IMG/VR virus record: IMGVR_UViG_3300047202_000060
DNA length: 64,000 nucleotides
Origin: a virus
Lineage: Duplodnaviria; Heunggongvirae; Uroviricota; Caudoviricetes
Direction: 5' to 3' (one strand)
The notes beneath the pieces were generated by a model, which was given only the letters and a program-made list of their open reading frames with translations, made no database searches and was not told where the DNA came from. Of the stretch, positions 63,845 to 64,000 are shown one piece after another. The stretch's first letter is position 1, and each line of letters opens with the position of its first letter. A program made the translations under genes and the position numbers.

Positions 63845-64000
63845 AGGATTCACCGTTCAGCGCGGTTCTTACGTTTACGGGGAGCATTCCAAATCAGCAC
63901 GGTCTAGGTCTGCAACCCCGCCGTACCTACATTTTCTTCCCCGTTACTGCCTAATACCAGAGGGTTTGTGGTTATCCAACCCGTGACTGTGAAAAGGGTG
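63845..64000 (-). ncRNA. 3' part of a structured RNA, possibly RNase P RNA-like; truncated by the window edge
   Basis: GC-richer and non-coding; GC..GAATGCTCCCC followed by AGAACCGCGCTGA resembles the archaeal RNase P P2 3' strand and CR-V. Confidence 0.3.

Overview
The whole window looks like part of a large (>64 kb) tailed archaeal virus genome (Caudoviricetes). I see no clearly cellular segment. Archaeal evidence: BRE-TATA promoters (consensus CCRYAAMCTTTAWATA), GGTGA-type Shine-Dalgarno sites, MCM, a RadA-like recombinase, membrane-anchored LonB, Pth2, an AEP primase, a PolB resembling TACK PolB1, and tRNA genes with bulge-helix-bulge (BHB) introns. A TACK-group host, possibly Bathyarchaeia, is an inference. 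Virion genes (portal, protease, scaffold, capsid, adaptor, tail tube, terminase, tail chaperone with a -1 slippery site, short tape measure, large hub and adhesin proteins, His-rich fibre) are interleaved with replication, nucleotide-pool and HNH genes. A minus-strand array of 24 tRNA genes lies at 60.7-63.5 kb. Main finding: three of these genes (Leu, Glu, Gln) carry extra synonymous anticodons as 7-9 nt cassette micro-exons bounded by BHB-type splice sites. By hand folding, one gene could yield Leu UAA/CAA/AAG, one Glu UUC/CUC and one Gln UUG/CUG through mutually exclusive cis-splicing. Other notable items: an apparently circularly permuted calcineurin-like phosphoesterase, systematic tRNA anticodon-loop and elbow substitutions (C33, A37, A18/G55), a six-copy 16-bp palindromic operator, a structural motif split across three ORFs, and structured ncRNA candidates at the right edge. 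All calls come from motif recognition and manual base pairing; no database search was run.
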